Positions 8,977-17,543 of a stretch of 30,423 nt of DNA are shown here, in pieces (positions within the stretch are counted from its first letter, which is position 1; every line of letters starts with the position of its first letter). Source of the stretch: Pseudomonadota bacterium (GTDB lineage: Bacteria; Pseudomonadota; Alphaproteobacteria; UBA2966; CAIVPW01); assembly GCA_027625125.1 (NCBI GenBank), contig JAQBXG010000001.1, positions 1-30,423 on the forward strand, given 5' to 3'. The position numbers were made by a program, and so were the translations under genes. The notes under the pieces are model-generated. The model saw nothing but the letters and a program-made list of their open reading frames with translations, made no database searches and was not told where the DNA came from.

Positions 8977-10230
8977 ATGACGGCGGCCCGTTCCGACCTG
9001 CTGCGCGTCCTCGAGGACCGCGCCTACGTCTACCAGGTCACCGACCGCGCCGGCCTCGACGAACGGGCGGCGGCGGGACCGCTCGTGGGCTACATCGGCT
9101 TCGACTGCACGGCCCCCAGCCTGCACGTCGGCAGCCTGGTGCAGATCATGATGCTGCGCCGCATGCAGCAGTGCGGCCACCGGCCGATCGTCTTGCTCGG
9201 CGGCGGCACCACCCGGGTCGGCGACCCTTCAGGCCGCGACGAATCGCGACGGCTGCTCGACGATGCCGCGATCGCCGCCAACAAGGCGGGCATCCAGCGG
9301 GTGTTCGCGCAGTTCCTGTCGTTCGGCGACGGCCCCTCCGACGCACTGCTCGTCGACAATGCCGACTGGCTCGACGAGCTAAAATACATTCCGTTCCTGC
9401 GCGATTTCGGCGCCCACTTCTCGGTCAACCGCATGCTTGGCTTTGAAAGCGTCAAGTTGCGTCTCGACCGCGATCAGCCGCTTTCGTTCCTCGAATTCAA
9501 CTACCTGGTCCTGCAAGCCTACGATTTCGTCGAACTTGCCCGCCGCCACGACTGCGTGCTGCAACTCGGCGGCTCCGACCAATGGGGCAACATCGTCAGC
9601 GGCGTCGAACTCGGCCGCCGCGTCGACCAGCGGGAATTGTTCGGACTGACCTCGCCGCTGATCACGACCGCCGGCGGCGCCAAGATGGGCAAGACCGCCC
9701 GCGGGGCTGTCTGGCTCAACGCCGATGCCCTCACCCCGTGGGACTACTGGCAATTCTGGCGCAACACCCACGACGCCGATGTCGGGCGCTTCCTGCGCCT
9801 GTTCACCGACGTGCCACTCGACGAAATCGCCGGCCTCGAATCCCTGGGCGGCGAGGAAATCAACGACGCCAAGGCGCGGCTCGCCACCGAGGCGACCACC
9901 CTCTGTCACGGCGCCGGCGCGGCGGCGGCGGCGGCGGAGACGGCGCGGGGCGCGTTCGAGGACGGCGCGGTAGCAGTGGGTCTGCCCCGCTTCACGCTGG
10001 CCGCCGCCGACCTCGCCGCTGGCATTCCGGCCTTCGAGGTTGTGTTTGCATCCGGCCTCGTCGCGTCAAAGGGCGAAGCGCGCAAGCTCATTCGCGGCGG
10101 CGGAGTCCGCATCAACGATGCCGTCGTGGCGGAGGAAACAACGGCGATCACCGCCGCCGACGCGCCCGGCGGCGAACTGAAGCTGTCCGTCGGCAAGAAG
10201 CGCCACTCGGTCGGCGCCGTCTCGGCCTAG
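8977..10230 (+). CDS. tyrS: Tyrosine--tRNA ligase, 417 aa
   Basis: [15 protein letters not shown] (HIGH-like), [17 protein letters not shown]-terminal S4 domain. AAGGA RBS. Confidence 0.97.
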   Translation: MTAARSDLLRVLEDRAYVYQVTDRAGLDERAAAGPLVGYIGFDCTAPSLHVGSLVQIMMLRRMQQCGHRPIVLLGGGTTRVGDPSGRDESRRLLDDAAIAANKAGIQRVFAQFLSFGDGPSDALLVDNADWLDELKYIPFLRDFGAHFSVNRMLGFESVKLRLDRDQPLSFLEFNYLVLQAYDFVELARRHDCVLQLGGSDQWGNIVSGVELGRRVDQRELFGLTSPLITTAGGAKMGKTARGAVWLNADALTPWDYWQFWRNTHDADVGRFLRLFTDVPLDEIAGLESLGGEEINDAKARLATEATTLCHGAGAAAAAAETARGAFEDGAVAVGLPRFTLAAADLAAGIPAFEVVFASGLVASKGEARKLIRGGGVRINDAVVAEETTAITAADAPGGELKLSVGKKRHSVGAVSA

Positions 10231-13200
10231 CCGCCCGGCGGCGGCTCCGGCACCGGCGGCTCCGGCGCCGCGGCACCGTCGGCGTCCGGCTGGAATCCGA
10301 AGATCAGACCACGCAGGAATCCGGGCGTCAGCGCCGACAGCGGGTTCACCGTGATCGTCGGCATTTTCCGATCGCCGGTGACGCGATAGGCGATCGCGAA
10401 CACACCCTCACCCACCAGCAGTTCCCCAAGCAGCGGGATCGCCCCCAGCACCCGGTTGATCGTGTATGCCGGCACCACGGTCCCGGCCAGGTTGACGACC
10501 CCGGTGCGGCCGTTGAACTGCCCCTCGACGGTGATGCCCAGCGCCGGCCCGAACGCCCGCGCGCGGCCGACCGCCACATCGCCGTTGCGGTATTTGAACG
10601 GCGCCTCGAAGCCGACAAAATTGATGCCCTGCCCCTGCATCACGTCGTTCAATCCGGTCAGCGACGCCAGCGACAGAATCTGCGCCAGCGCCGGCGCGTT
10701 GGCGACGCGAAACGCGTCAACCAGCACGCTGCCGTCGAACACTTTCTGCCCCGGCGGCCCGGCATAGGTGCCGCGCAGATCCAGGTTGCCGCCCTCGGCG
10801 CCCTGGAAGATGCCGAACTCGCGGAACAGCTCCCCGGCGTCGGTGGTGGCCGCAACCACAGAGTACGATTCCGGGCCACCGGTCACGCTGGCGGTCAGCG
10901 GCGCGCCGCTCGGCAGCGCCGCCGCGGCGTCCAGCCACGACCAGTTGCCGCCGCGCTGTTCGCCCTGCACCCGCACCGCCGACAGCACGCGCGTATCCGA
11001 CAGGATCACTTCATCGAATTCGGCGGCCAACGCCAACGGCGGCAGCGTTCCCTGGTTCGCCGCCGCCGTCATTTCGTCCAGCAACGGCCGGAGGTCCAGA
11101 CGTTCGCCGCCGACGCCGACGCGGAACGCCCCGGCCGAATCCCACGCAATGGTGCCCTTAAGCCGCGTCTCTCCGAACACCAGCCGGGCGAGTTCCAGCT
11201 GCGTGGGATTGCCGTCGGCGTCGTTGCCGATCGTGCCCGAGGCCACCAGTCCGCCGGACGACACCGCGAACGAGCGAAACTCATAGCGCCCGCTGGGGCC
11301 GGGGGCGAGCGACAGCTTCGCGACGCCGTCCATGCCCGCGCCCTTTTCCCACAGCGGCAATCGCACCGCCGCCGGCGCGAAATCCACTGTCACTTCTGCG
11401 GTCTCGGTGCGCAGGCCGTCGGCCAGCAGTTCCGCGGTCAGGCGTACCGGCCCGGTCAGCCAGTCGCCGGTCGGATAGCCGATCGCGGCCCGGGCGTCAG
11501 CGTCCAACGACCCGTTCAACACCAGCCGACTGCCGGCTTCGCCGTCGCCGCGCAGGCGTTGCCAATCCAGATCGAACGCGATGCCGTTCACAGTGCCGGC
11601 GCCGATTGCGCGTCCCGCGGCCGGGTCCACCGCGAGCTGGCCGCCGGCGACAAGCGCCTGCGTGGCGATCGAGAAGTCCGGCACTTCCAGAATGCCGTCG
11701 TCGCGCGCCACCACCCGCACCCGCGCGGCGCCCGGCGATCCCGCCGCCTTGTCCCAGGCGTGGATCGGCGGACTCAACGCCACCGCATCCAGGTCCAGAT
11801 CGACGACGACCTCGGCGATGTTCCAGAGGTCGCCCGTGGCCACCGCAGCGAACGGCATCGGCCCGACGACCAGCCGGTCGGTGCCCAGGCCCAGCGCCTC
11901 CCGCCTCGCGTCGTCCAGAACGCCGGAGACCTGCACCCGGGTCGGCGCCTCGCCGCCCAACAGGTCGTGGCGGATATCGATCGTCACCGGCAGGCGATCG
12001 ACGACCGCCGTACCTTGCGCATCGACTCCGCCCGAGTCCGCGCGGACAACGAATGTTCCGTCGGTCAGTTGCCGCTGCCCGGCGATCTCCGCCAGCGACA
12101 ACCCGCGAATGTTCGCCGCGGCCGCGAACTTGACCTCCGCCGGTGCGATTCCCGGCTTCACCGGGAACGCGAACTGCGCGCGGGCGGCGACGTTGCCGCC
12201 GATGCCGGCGGGAAGCCAGTCCAGATTCAGCGGCGGCAGCGCAAACTGGCGCGCGAACTCCGCGGCGGTCCCGGTAGCCACGCCTTCGATGACCGCTGAC
12301 CGCGTCCACGTATCCATGCCATCGATGTGGACGGTGCCCTCGCTGATCTCCAGCGCTCCCAGTCGGCCCGCTTCGATCGTCATCTCGAAGCGATCGCCGG
12401 AGTGGCGGCCGCTACCGCGGGCGCCGGTCACCCGCGGCTGTCCGGGCAGCAGCCACATTTCGCCGTCTTCGAACGAAAACGTCATGTCGATTTCGCCGGC
12501 CCGCAACGGCAAGTTCCGGAACCGGCCCGGATCCACCCGCATCGTCACCGCGCCGTCGCGGACGATGCCGCCCTCCGCCCGGGGGACCAACCATCCCCGC
12601 GTCCGTTGCGCCATCCGCCACGGCCAGCTGTCGGCAAAGTCGGCGACGTGAACGTCGGACCAGCTCGCGTCGATCGAAAGCCCGATCCCCTCGGGCTCGA
12701 ACGTCACAAACCCTTCGGCCTGTCCGCTGGTTTCGCCCAGCGCGGCAAAGGCTTCGTCGAACCGCAGCAGCGTCAACCCGTCGGTCACGCTGCCGCGCGC
12801 GGCGATTTGGTCGAACGGCTGCGGCCGGCGCCACACTTCCGGAATATCCAGCGTCCCCGCGCCGGCGTTGACGTCAAAGTCGATGCGGGCGATCGCTCCG
12901 TCTGCCTCGAACACGGCCGTGACGGTTCCCGACACCGGCGCCCGCACCGCGCCCAGCCGCGCCAGCGCCGGACTGGCGCCGGCAAAGCGCGACGGATTGA
13001 CGCCGGAAAACGCGGTCGCCAGCGTCAAACCGCCGGTCACGCCGGAATACTCGGCCGCAGCTGCCAGCCGCAACGGCAACCCGTCCAGGTCCAGTTGCAC
13101 GTCCAGGTCGCCGGCGAACCCCGCGCCGCGCCGCTCCAGCGTCGCATCGGCCTGCGGCGCATGCCAGGTCTCCCCGCTGCCGAGGTCGCGGAGCCACAGC

Positions 13201-13730
13201 ACGGCGTTGGTGATCTGCACCGACTCCAGATAGCCGACGATCGTGTCCGGGTCCCGCGGGCTGCCCAATGCAGCCAACAGCGCCTGCACCAACGGTCCGG
13301 CCTGCTCCTCGCTGCCTTCCAGACCGCCAAGCCGGAACCTGCCGGTGGCCGTGCGCTCGAACTGCAATTCCGCTTCGAAGATTTCGATATGCAGCGGCGC
13401 CAGCCTGCCGCGCAATGCCGCCGCCGCCGACAGCGACACCGACAGGCGCGGCGCCGCCGCGATGACGCCGCCGTCGGCGTCGACGATGCGCACGTCGACG
13501 GCGTTCAGGTCCAGGTTGCGGCGCCAGCCGCCCCACGCCAACACAGTATCGCCCAATTCGACATGAACGCCGGCGTCCTCGAACACCAGCGCGTCCTCGA
13601 ACAGCGGCGTCAGAAACCCGATCGATATCGGGCCGGCGGCGACGACCCACGCCGCCGCCGCCAGCACGACAGCGGCCCCGGCCAGCATTCCGGCCAGCAC
13701 GCGAACGGCGACGCCCCAACCGCGCCTCAT
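10227..13730 (-). CDS. YhdP/AsmA-like (DUF3971 + AsmA_2-type C-terminus) periplasmic bridge-like protein, 1167 aa
   Basis: N-terminal TM anchor followed by [10 protein letters not shown]; long beta-strand-rich body; C-terminal [20 protein letters not shown]...[12 protein letters not shown] typical of this alphaproteobacterial family; next to tyrS and glnE. Confidence 0.85.
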   Translation of the reverse strand: MRRGWGVAVRVLAGMLAGAAVVLAAAAWVVAAGPISIGFLTPLFEDALVFEDAGVHVELGDTVLAWGGWRRNLDLNAVDVRIVDADGGVIAAAPRLSVSLSAAAALRGRLAPLHIEIFEAELQFERTATGRFRLGGLEGSEEQAGPLVQALLAALGSPRDPDTIVGYLESVQITNAVLWLRDLGSGETWHAPQADATLERRGAGFAGDLDVQLDLDGLPLRLAAAAEYSGVTGGLTLATAFSGVNPSRFAGASPALARLGAVRAPVSGTVTAVFEADGAIARIDFDVNAGAGTLDIPEVWRRPQPFDQIAARGSVTDGLTLLRFDEAFAALGETSGQAEGFVTFEPEGIGLSIDASWSDVHVADFADSWPWRMAQRTRGWLVPRAEGGIVRDGAVTMRVDPGRFRNLPLRAGEIDMTFSFEDGEMWLLPGQPRVTGARGSGRHSGDRFEMTIEAGRLGALEISEGTVHIDGMDTWTRSAVIEGVATGTAAEFARQFALPPLNLDWLPAGIGGNVAARAQFAFPVKPGIAPAEVKFAAAANIRGLSLAEIAGQRQLTDGTFVVRADSGGVDAQGTAVVDRLPVTIDIRHDLLGGEAPTRVQVSGVLDDARREALGLGTDRLVVGPMPFAAVATGDLWNIAEVVVDLDLDAVALSPPIHAWDKAAGSPGAARVRVVARDDGILEVPDFSIATQALVAGGQLAVDPAAGRAIGAGTVNGIAFDLDWQRLRGDGEAGSRLVLNGSLDADARAAIGYPTGDWLTGPVRLTAELLADGLRTETAEVTVDFAPAAVRLPLWEKGAGMDGVAKLSLAPGPSGRYEFRSFAVSSGGLVASGTIGNDADGNPTQLELARLVFGETRLKGTIAWDSAGAFRVGVGGERLDLRPLLDEMTAAANQGTLPPLALAAEFDEVILSDTRVLSAVRVQGEQRGGNWSWLDAAAALPSGAPLTASVTGGPESYSVVAATTDAGELFREFGIFQGAEGGNLDLRGTYAGPPGQKVFDGSVLVDAFRVANAPALAQILSLASLTGLNDVMQGQGINFVGFEAPFKYRNGDVAVGRARAFGPALGITVEGQFNGRTGVVNLAGTVVPAYTINRVLGAIPLLGELLVGEGVFAIAYRVTGDRKMPTITVNPLSALTPGFLRGLIFGFQPDADGAAAPEPPVPEPPPGG
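11229..12014 (-). repeat. Two diverged tandem protein modules (~125-127 aa each, ~137-aa period) in the YhdP-like protein
   Basis: Unit 1 (12014-11634) and unit 2 (11603-11229) share ordered motifs: [22 protein letters not shown] vs [22 protein letters not shown]; VVGPM vs LTGPV; [13 protein letters not shown] vs [13 protein letters not shown]; [14 protein letters not shown] vs [14 protein letters not shown]. Confidence 0.7.
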
Positions 13731-13760
13731 CGCCTCGCAGTCCCGATGCGGGGCATCGCC

Positions 13761-13789
13761 TTGACCGCCGCCATCCCTTCGCGCAGTGT
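13761..13789 (+). promoter_or_regulatory. Candidate sigma70 promoter for glnE-bcp
   Basis: TTGACC (13761-13766), 17-nt spacer, CAGTGT (13784-13789). Confidence 0.4.
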
Positions 13790-13838
13790 GCGGCGGTTCC
13801 GGGCTGACGCCCGTCGGTCAGCGCCCAGTCCCCGCGGC

Positions 13839-16811
13839 ATGTCCCGGTTTCCGCTTCTCAGCCCCGTCTCGACGCTGCCCCGACCGTTCGACGCGGCGCG
13901 CGCCGACGCGGTCGTTGCCGACCTGCTCGCCGCGGGCCGCAAGGTCGGGGGATCGCTGGATTCGTTCCTGGATACGTTCATCGCGGAGCCGGACGCGCTC
14001 GGGTTGGTGCGGTCGCTCGCCGGCAACAGCCCGTTCCTGGCCCAAGCGATGCTGCGGGACCCGGAGATTCTGTTTCTCGCGGCGGACAATGGACTGGAAA
14101 GCACATTCGCCGATATTCTTGCGGCTGTCGAGGGCGCGTGGCGCGGCCTCCCGGCCACCCCCGCGCTGATGAAGACACTTCGGGATGCCCGCGGCCGCGC
14201 TGCTGTCGTCGCCGCCATCGGCGATGTCACCGGACTTTGGCCGCTCGCGGCCGTCACCGGCGCCCTCAGCGATTTCGCCGACGCGGCGGTCTCGGCGACA
14301 GTGCGCCACCAGCTCGCGGCCACGGCGGCGCCGGACATCGACGACCCCGCCGCCGCCAGCGGCTATGTGGTGCTGGCGATGGGCAAGCTCGGGTCGCGCG
14401 AACTCAATTATTCCAGTGACATCGACCTGATCGTTCTGTTCGATCGTGCACGCGCCGCCGCCGCGGGCATCGAGGATCCGTCCGCCACCTTCGTGCGCGC
14501 CACCCGCGAGGTCGTCCGAATCCTCCAGGAACGCACCGGCGACGGGTTCGTGTTCCGCACCGATCTTCGTCTGCGGCCGGATTCCGGCGCGACGCCGCTC
14601 GCCATTTCCACCGAGGCGGCCGAGACGTATTACGAAAGCGTCGGCCAGAACTGGGAACGCGCGGCGATGATCAAGGCGCGGCCGGTGGCCGGCGACCTCG
14701 CCGCCGGACAGTCGTTTCTTGATTCGCTGACGCCGTTTCTATGGCGCAAGCACCTCGACTTCGCCGCGATCGACGACATTCATTCGATCAAGCGGCAGAT
14801 TCACGCCCACAAGGGCCACGGCACAATCCAGGTCGCCGGGCACAACATCAAGCTCGGCGCCGGCGGCATTCGCGAGATCGAGTTCTTTGCCCAGACCCAA
14901 CAGTTGATCGCCGGCGGCCGCGACCCGTCGTTGCGGGTCGCCGATACCTGCGGGGCATTGCGCGCCCTGGCCGCCAGCGGCCGCGTCGCCGGCGACGACG
15001 CGACGGCGCTGATCGACGCCTATCATTTCCTCCGGACTCTCGAACACCGCCTGCAAATGGTCGCCGACGAACAGACCCACACGATTCCCGCCGACGGACC
15101 GGCGCTTGATCGCATTGCCGTGTTCGCCGGGTTCGACGGCGCAGAAGCGTTCGCGGCGGCGGTGCGCGGGCATCTGGCGACGGTGTCGCGCATATCGGCG
15201 CAACTGTTCGCGCATGCGGCGCCGCTGTCCAGCGCCGGCAACCTGGTATTCACCGGCGGCGAGGACGACCCCGACACCCTCGCTACCCTGCGTCGGCTCG
15301 GATTCAACGAACCGGAGCGGGCCGCGGCGATGGTTCGCGCCTGGCACCATGGCCGTTATCGCGCGACGCGTTCGTCCCGGGCGCGGGCGCTGCTGACCGA
15401 ACTGGTGCCGGCGATTCTGGAAGCGTTCGGGCGCACGCCAAACCCGGACGCCGCCTTCGTCCGCTTCGACGAGTTCCTGTCGCGCCTGCCGGCCGGGGTG
15501 CAACTGTTCTCGATGTTCCTCGCCCACCCGGAACTGCTCGATCTCGTCGCGGAGATTCTGGGCAGCGCGCCCAAGCTCGCCGGGCACCTCGCCCAGACGC
15601 CGACCCTGCTCGACGCGGTGCTGTCGCCGGACTTCCATCGCGGGCTGCCCGACCGCAACGCGCTGGCCGCCGATCTCGCCGATACGCTGGCGCGCGCCGG
15701 CGATTTCCAGGACGTGCTGGACCTCAGCCGCGCGTGGGCGCGGGACCGGCGCTTCCAGGTCGGCGTCCAGGTCATGCGCGGCCGGATCGCGGCGCGCGAG
15801 TCGGGCATCATGCTGTCGGACCTGGCCGAGGTGTTGATGGCCGCGCTGCTGCCGAACGTCGAGACGGAATTCGCCGCCACGTCGGGCCGCATCGCCGGGG
15901 CCGAATTCGCCATTGTTGCGCTCGGCAAGCTCGGGGCGCGGGCGCTGACCTCCGGCTCCGACCTCGACCTGGTCTTTCTGTATGACGCGCCCGCCGACGC
16001 GGTGTCGGACGGCGCGCGGCCGCTGCCGGCGGCGACCTATTTCGCCCGCCTGGGCCAGCGATTTCTCGCCGCCCTCAGCGCCCCCACCGCCGAAGGAGCG
16101 CTGTTCGAGGTGGATATGCGGCTGCGTCCGTCCGGGGCCTCGGGACCGATCGCCACTTCGTTGCCGGCGTTCCAGCAATACCACCGCGACAAGGCCTGGA
16201 CCTGGGAGCGAATGGCGCTGACGCGGGCGCGGGTCGTCGTCGCCGGGGACGCCTTCCGGCAGCGGGTCGAGGACGAATTGCGCGCAATTCTCACCGCCCG
16301 CCGCGACCCCGAGGCGCTTCTTCGCGACGTCGCCGAGATGCGGGCGCGCATCGAGCGTGAAAAAAGCAGCGCCAATCCGTGGCTGGTCAAATACGTCCGC
16401 GGCGGCCTGCTGGACCTCGAGTTCCTCGCCCAATACCTGATCCTTTGCCACGCGGCCGATCACCCGGACCTGCTCACCGGCGACACCGCCGAGGCCTTCA
16501 CCCGGCTCGAACGGGCGGGAATCCTCGATCCCGCACTCGCCGACCGGCTGCGCGACGCAGTGCGGCTGGCGCTCGGCATCCAGGCGTTCCTGCGCGAGTG
16601 TTATTCCGACGACTTTGATGAAACCGCCGCGACCGACTCCCTGAAAGCGGCCCTTGCGCGCGCCGTCGGCGCGTCGTCGTTCGACGGGTTGCGCGATGAG
16701 GTTGCCGCGCTCCAGGCATCGACCTACGTCCTGTTCCAGGACCGCATCGAACGTCCGGCGGCGAATCTCCCTTTTATGAACAAGGACGAGGAACCGCCGG
16801 AAACCAACTGA
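13839..16811 (+). CDS. glnE: Bifunctional glutamine synthetase adenylyltransferase/adenylyl-removing enzyme GlnE, ~990 aa
   Basis: Two nucleotidyltransferase domains: MGKLGSRELNYSSDIDL...FRTDLRLRP and LGKLGARALTSGSDLDL...FEVDMRLRPSG; NIKLGAGGIREIEF; WERMAL. Start ATG 13839; the track's 12327 start is antisense to the YhdP-like gene. Confidence 0.95.
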   Translation: MSRFPLLSPVSTLPRPFDAARADAVVADLLAAGRKVGGSLDSFLDTFIAEPDALGLVRSLAGNSPFLAQAMLRDPEILFLAADNGLESTFADILAAVEGAWRGLPATPALMKTLRDARGRAAVVAAIGDVTGLWPLAAVTGALSDFADAAVSATVRHQLAATAAPDIDDPAAASGYVVLAMGKLGSRELNYSSDIDLIVLFDRARAAAAGIEDPSATFVRATREVVRILQERTGDGFVFRTDLRLRPDSGATPLAISTEAAETYYESVGQNWERAAMIKARPVAGDLAAGQSFLDSLTPFLWRKHLDFAAIDDIHSIKRQIHAHKGHGTIQVAGHNIKLGAGGIREIEFFAQTQQLIAGGRDPSLRVADTCGALRALAASGRVAGDDATALIDAYHFLRTLEHRLQMVADEQTHTIPADGPALDRIAVFAGFDGAEAFAAAVRGHLATVSRISAQLFAHAAPLSSAGNLVFTGGEDDPDTLATLRRLGFNEPERAAAMVRAWHHGRYRATRSSRARALLTELVPAILEAFGRTPNPDAAFVRFDEFLSRLPAGVQLFSMFLAHPELLDLVAEILGSAPKLAGHLAQTPTLLDAVLSPDFHRGLPDRNALAADLADTLARAGDFQDVLDLSRAWARDRRFQVGVQVMRGRIAARESGIMLSDLAEVLMAALLPNVETEFAATSGRIAGAEFAIVALGKLGARALTSGSDLDLVFLYDAPADAVSDGARPLPAATYFARLGQRFLAALSAPTAEGALFEVDMRLRPSGASGPIATSLPAFQQYHRDKAWTWERMALTRARVVVAGDAFRQRVEDELRAILTARRDPEALLRDVAEMRARIEREKSSANPWLVKYVRGGLLDLEFLAQYLILCHAADHPDLLTGDTAEAFTRLERAGILDPALADRLRDAVRLALGIQAFLRECYSDDFDETAATDSLKAALARAVGASSFDGLRDEVAALQASTYVLFQDRIERPAANLPFMNKDEEPPETN

Positions 16812-16832
16812 TATTCAAGGAGAAACTTGTTC

Positions 16833-17309
16833 ATGGTAAACAAGATCGAAGAGGGCCGACCCGCCCCGGCGTTTTCGATGCCGACAGACAACGGCGGTGG
16901 CGCCGTCAGCCTTGCCAGGCTCAAGGGTCGACCGTTCGTGCTGTATTTCTACCCCCGTGACGACACCCCCGGATGCACAAAGGAAGCAATCGCCTTTACC
17001 GCCGCCCTCGACGATTTCGACGCCGCCGGGGTCGTGGTGATCGGGGTTTCCAAGGATTCCTGCGCGTCCCACGCGAAGTTCCGCGACAAATACATGCTTG
17101 AGCACATCCTCGCCGCCGACGACGACGGCAAGGTCTGCGAGGCCTATGGCGTCTGGGTCGAGAAGAACAACTACGGGCGAAAGTCGATGGGAATCCAGCG
17201 CTCGACCTTTCTGATCGACAAGGATGGAACGATCGCCCGCATCTGGCACAAGGTCAGCGTCGATGGACACGCCGCCGAGGTTCTGGAGGCGGTGAAAACT
17301 CTCGCCTGA
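16833..17309 (+). CDS. bcp: Peroxiredoxin BCP/PrxQ
   Basis: YFYPRDDTPGCTKEA (PXXXTXXC), GVSKDS, RSTFLID. AAGGAG RBS upstream of ATG 16833. Confidence 0.95.
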   Translation: MVNKIEEGRPAPAFSMPTDNGGGAVSLARLKGRPFVLYFYPRDDTPGCTKEAIAFTAALDDFDAAGVVVIGVSKDSCASHAKFRDKYMLEHILAADDDGKVCEAYGVWVEKNNYGRKSMGIQRSTFLIDKDGTIARIWHKVSVDGHAAEVLEAVKTLA

Positions 17310-17386
17310 CCGGCCCGTCGTCGGCGGTTGCCAAGAACCCGGCGAGAGGCTACTCAAGGGAAGGGAACCGGAGCGGGCGCCTGACG

Positions 17387-17415
17387 CGGAGGTCTTCGCC
17401 TTGCACGCACCTCCG
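17387..17415 (+). promoter_or_regulatory. SD/anti-SD hairpin enclosing a TTG start in frame with the M23 peptidase
   Basis: CGGAGGT (17387-17393) pairs with ACCTCCG (17409-17415). GGAGGT lies 7 nt before TTG 17401, which sits in the loop. Confidence 0.5.
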
Positions 17416-17434
17416 GCGAGCCGCGCCGGGCGGA

Positions 17435-17543
17435 ACCGGGGGCACGACACCGGGGGCACGACACCGGGGGCACGACACCGGGGGCACGACACCGGGCAAC
17501 GACACTGGGCAACGACACCGGGCGACGACACCTGGGGAATGAC
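17435..17543 (+). repeat. Tandem repeat (VNTR-like): 4 perfect 14-mers, 3 13-mer variants, 1 degenerate 14-mer
   Basis: ACCGGGGGCACGAC x4 (17435-17490), ACCGGGCAACGAC, ACTGGGCAACGAC, ACCGGGCGACGAC (17491-17529), then ACCTGGGGAATGAC (17530-17543), which contains ATG 17539. Confidence 0.95.

Noticed and set aside
7270-9180. 636-aa ORF as a long CysE fusion
   Set aside because: The N-terminal part is antisense to the hydrolase and tyrS and crosses the promoter. CysE homology starts at 8037.
9919-9936. (GCG)6 microsatellite in tyrS
   Set aside because: In-frame poly-Ala in a helix that is commonly Ala-rich in TyrS; cannot shift the frame.
12327-13838. 500-aa N-terminal extension of GlnE
   Set aside because: Antisense shadow of the YhdP-like gene; Arg/Gly/Pro-rich with no domain signal.
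17435-17543. CRISPR array or plasmid iterons
   Set aside because: Units are directly adjacent with no unique spacers, are too short, and have no cas or rep gene nearby.
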